A stretch of DNA of 64,000 nt, taken from contig OZ241832.1 of NCBI GenBank assembly GCA_965202585.1, positions 30,256,001-30,320,000 of the forward strand, in the 5' to 3' direction. A program made the translations under genes and the position numbers. This document shows, one piece after another, positions 62,988-64,000 of the stretch (within the stretch, counting starts at the first letter, position 1; every line of letters starts with the position of its first letter). The stretch is from Thalia democratica. Taxonomy: Eukaryota. Below the pieces are notes generated by a model. The model did no database searches. It was not told the origin of the DNA and saw only the letters and a program-made list of their open reading frames with translations.

Positions 62988-64000
62988 GGTACGATATGAA
63001 ACAATTTGGATAGGATTTCTCCGTTCATAATTATCATCTTTTCCACCTTTATCGATATTGAAGTTCGTATAAGATTGATGTGTAGAAAACTGAAGCGTCG
63101 CGCACCATTTTGTAATGTTTGTTTGTGAAAGCAATGAATTTTGCATAGTTTTTGTTGTTTATTTTATAACTAAATTAAGTTGCTATACCTATTTATACCC
63201 GTTAAAGATATAGATATAATAATATCAGTTTTAATTACTTATAAATAAATATGGTATGCAATAATATCAATTCGATCATCAGACCACAAGCTTTTCGGAA
63301 AGCATTACTAAACTTTATTTTTTATTTTGATATTTATCTGAATTAACTTCGAACTGTTTTGTATATATCTTTTTTATAAAATATCAAGAACCTTAGTAAT
63401 GCTTTCCTAGTTATTTGCAAAAGATTTTGATTGAATATAAAAGTTTTTGTTTATTATTAAACAGTTTAGTATTAATTTCGTGAAAGTAAGTTTATATTTG
63501 TACAAGAACAGAAAACTATAATCGAATTTTAATCTGAAAAAATAGTTATAGTTGTTTAGAAATGCTACGTTTTGAAATAAATAAGTGTATTTTTGAATAG
63601 AAACTGAAAACTCTTTATGTATAAAAATTGTTTTATTTGAAATTTCGAATAAGGTTTTTATATAGCTTAAATCAAAAGTTTTAAACTAGGGAAATTTTTT
63701 GAAATGAGTAAATTTTTGTACCCGCTAGCAAACATACCACGCTACACCACTGGTAAAAACAATAATATATTTACTCAAATTGTATACGCTTAAGTGCTCA
63801 ATTGGCATAACAACTTTTAGAATTTTACCAATTTTAGAACAGTTTGAAATTAGATTGTGGATTTTCGTTTAAATTAAAACATTTGCTAAGTACAAGTCAC
63901 TTTAAAGATTTAGTATGTTACAAAAAGTCAACTAACTTGGAATAAGTTGGCTATTTAAAAAGTTTGCTAATTTGAATTGAAACTTTGAATCTAATCGAGG

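Overview
AT-rich eukaryotic DNA with spliceosomal GT-AG signals; the organism cannot be identified from the sequence. I found no rRNA, tRNA or CRISPR array. The window has two zones. (1) About 1-39.9 kb is a dense patchwork of short (~0.1-0.8 kb), decayed coding fragments: an R2-like RLE non-LTR retrotransposon, Penelope-like RT and GIY-YIG, several hAT transposases, a Merlin/ISXO2 transposase, a probable MULE, plus host-type CAF1-family nuclease and BACK/kelch pieces. Every fragment I could recognise lies on the + strand. The patchwork has been amplified by an ~8-kb tandem duplication and by older module shuffling. (2) About 40-64 kb is intron/intergenic-like DNA holding GC-richer islands with canonical splice sites on the - strand. 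Three of them join in frame into an unknown single-pass membrane protein, and two more are non-coding and point antisense into the fragment array. This zone also has a MITE, small tandem duplications, a 26-bp minisatellite and a multi-hairpin element at ~62.77-62.99 kb. The leading hypothesis is a uni-strand, flamenco-like small-RNA (piRNA/siRNA) source locus read antisense; this is inference, not demonstrated. Family assignments come from manual motif recognition, not database searches, and fragment boundaries are approximate.
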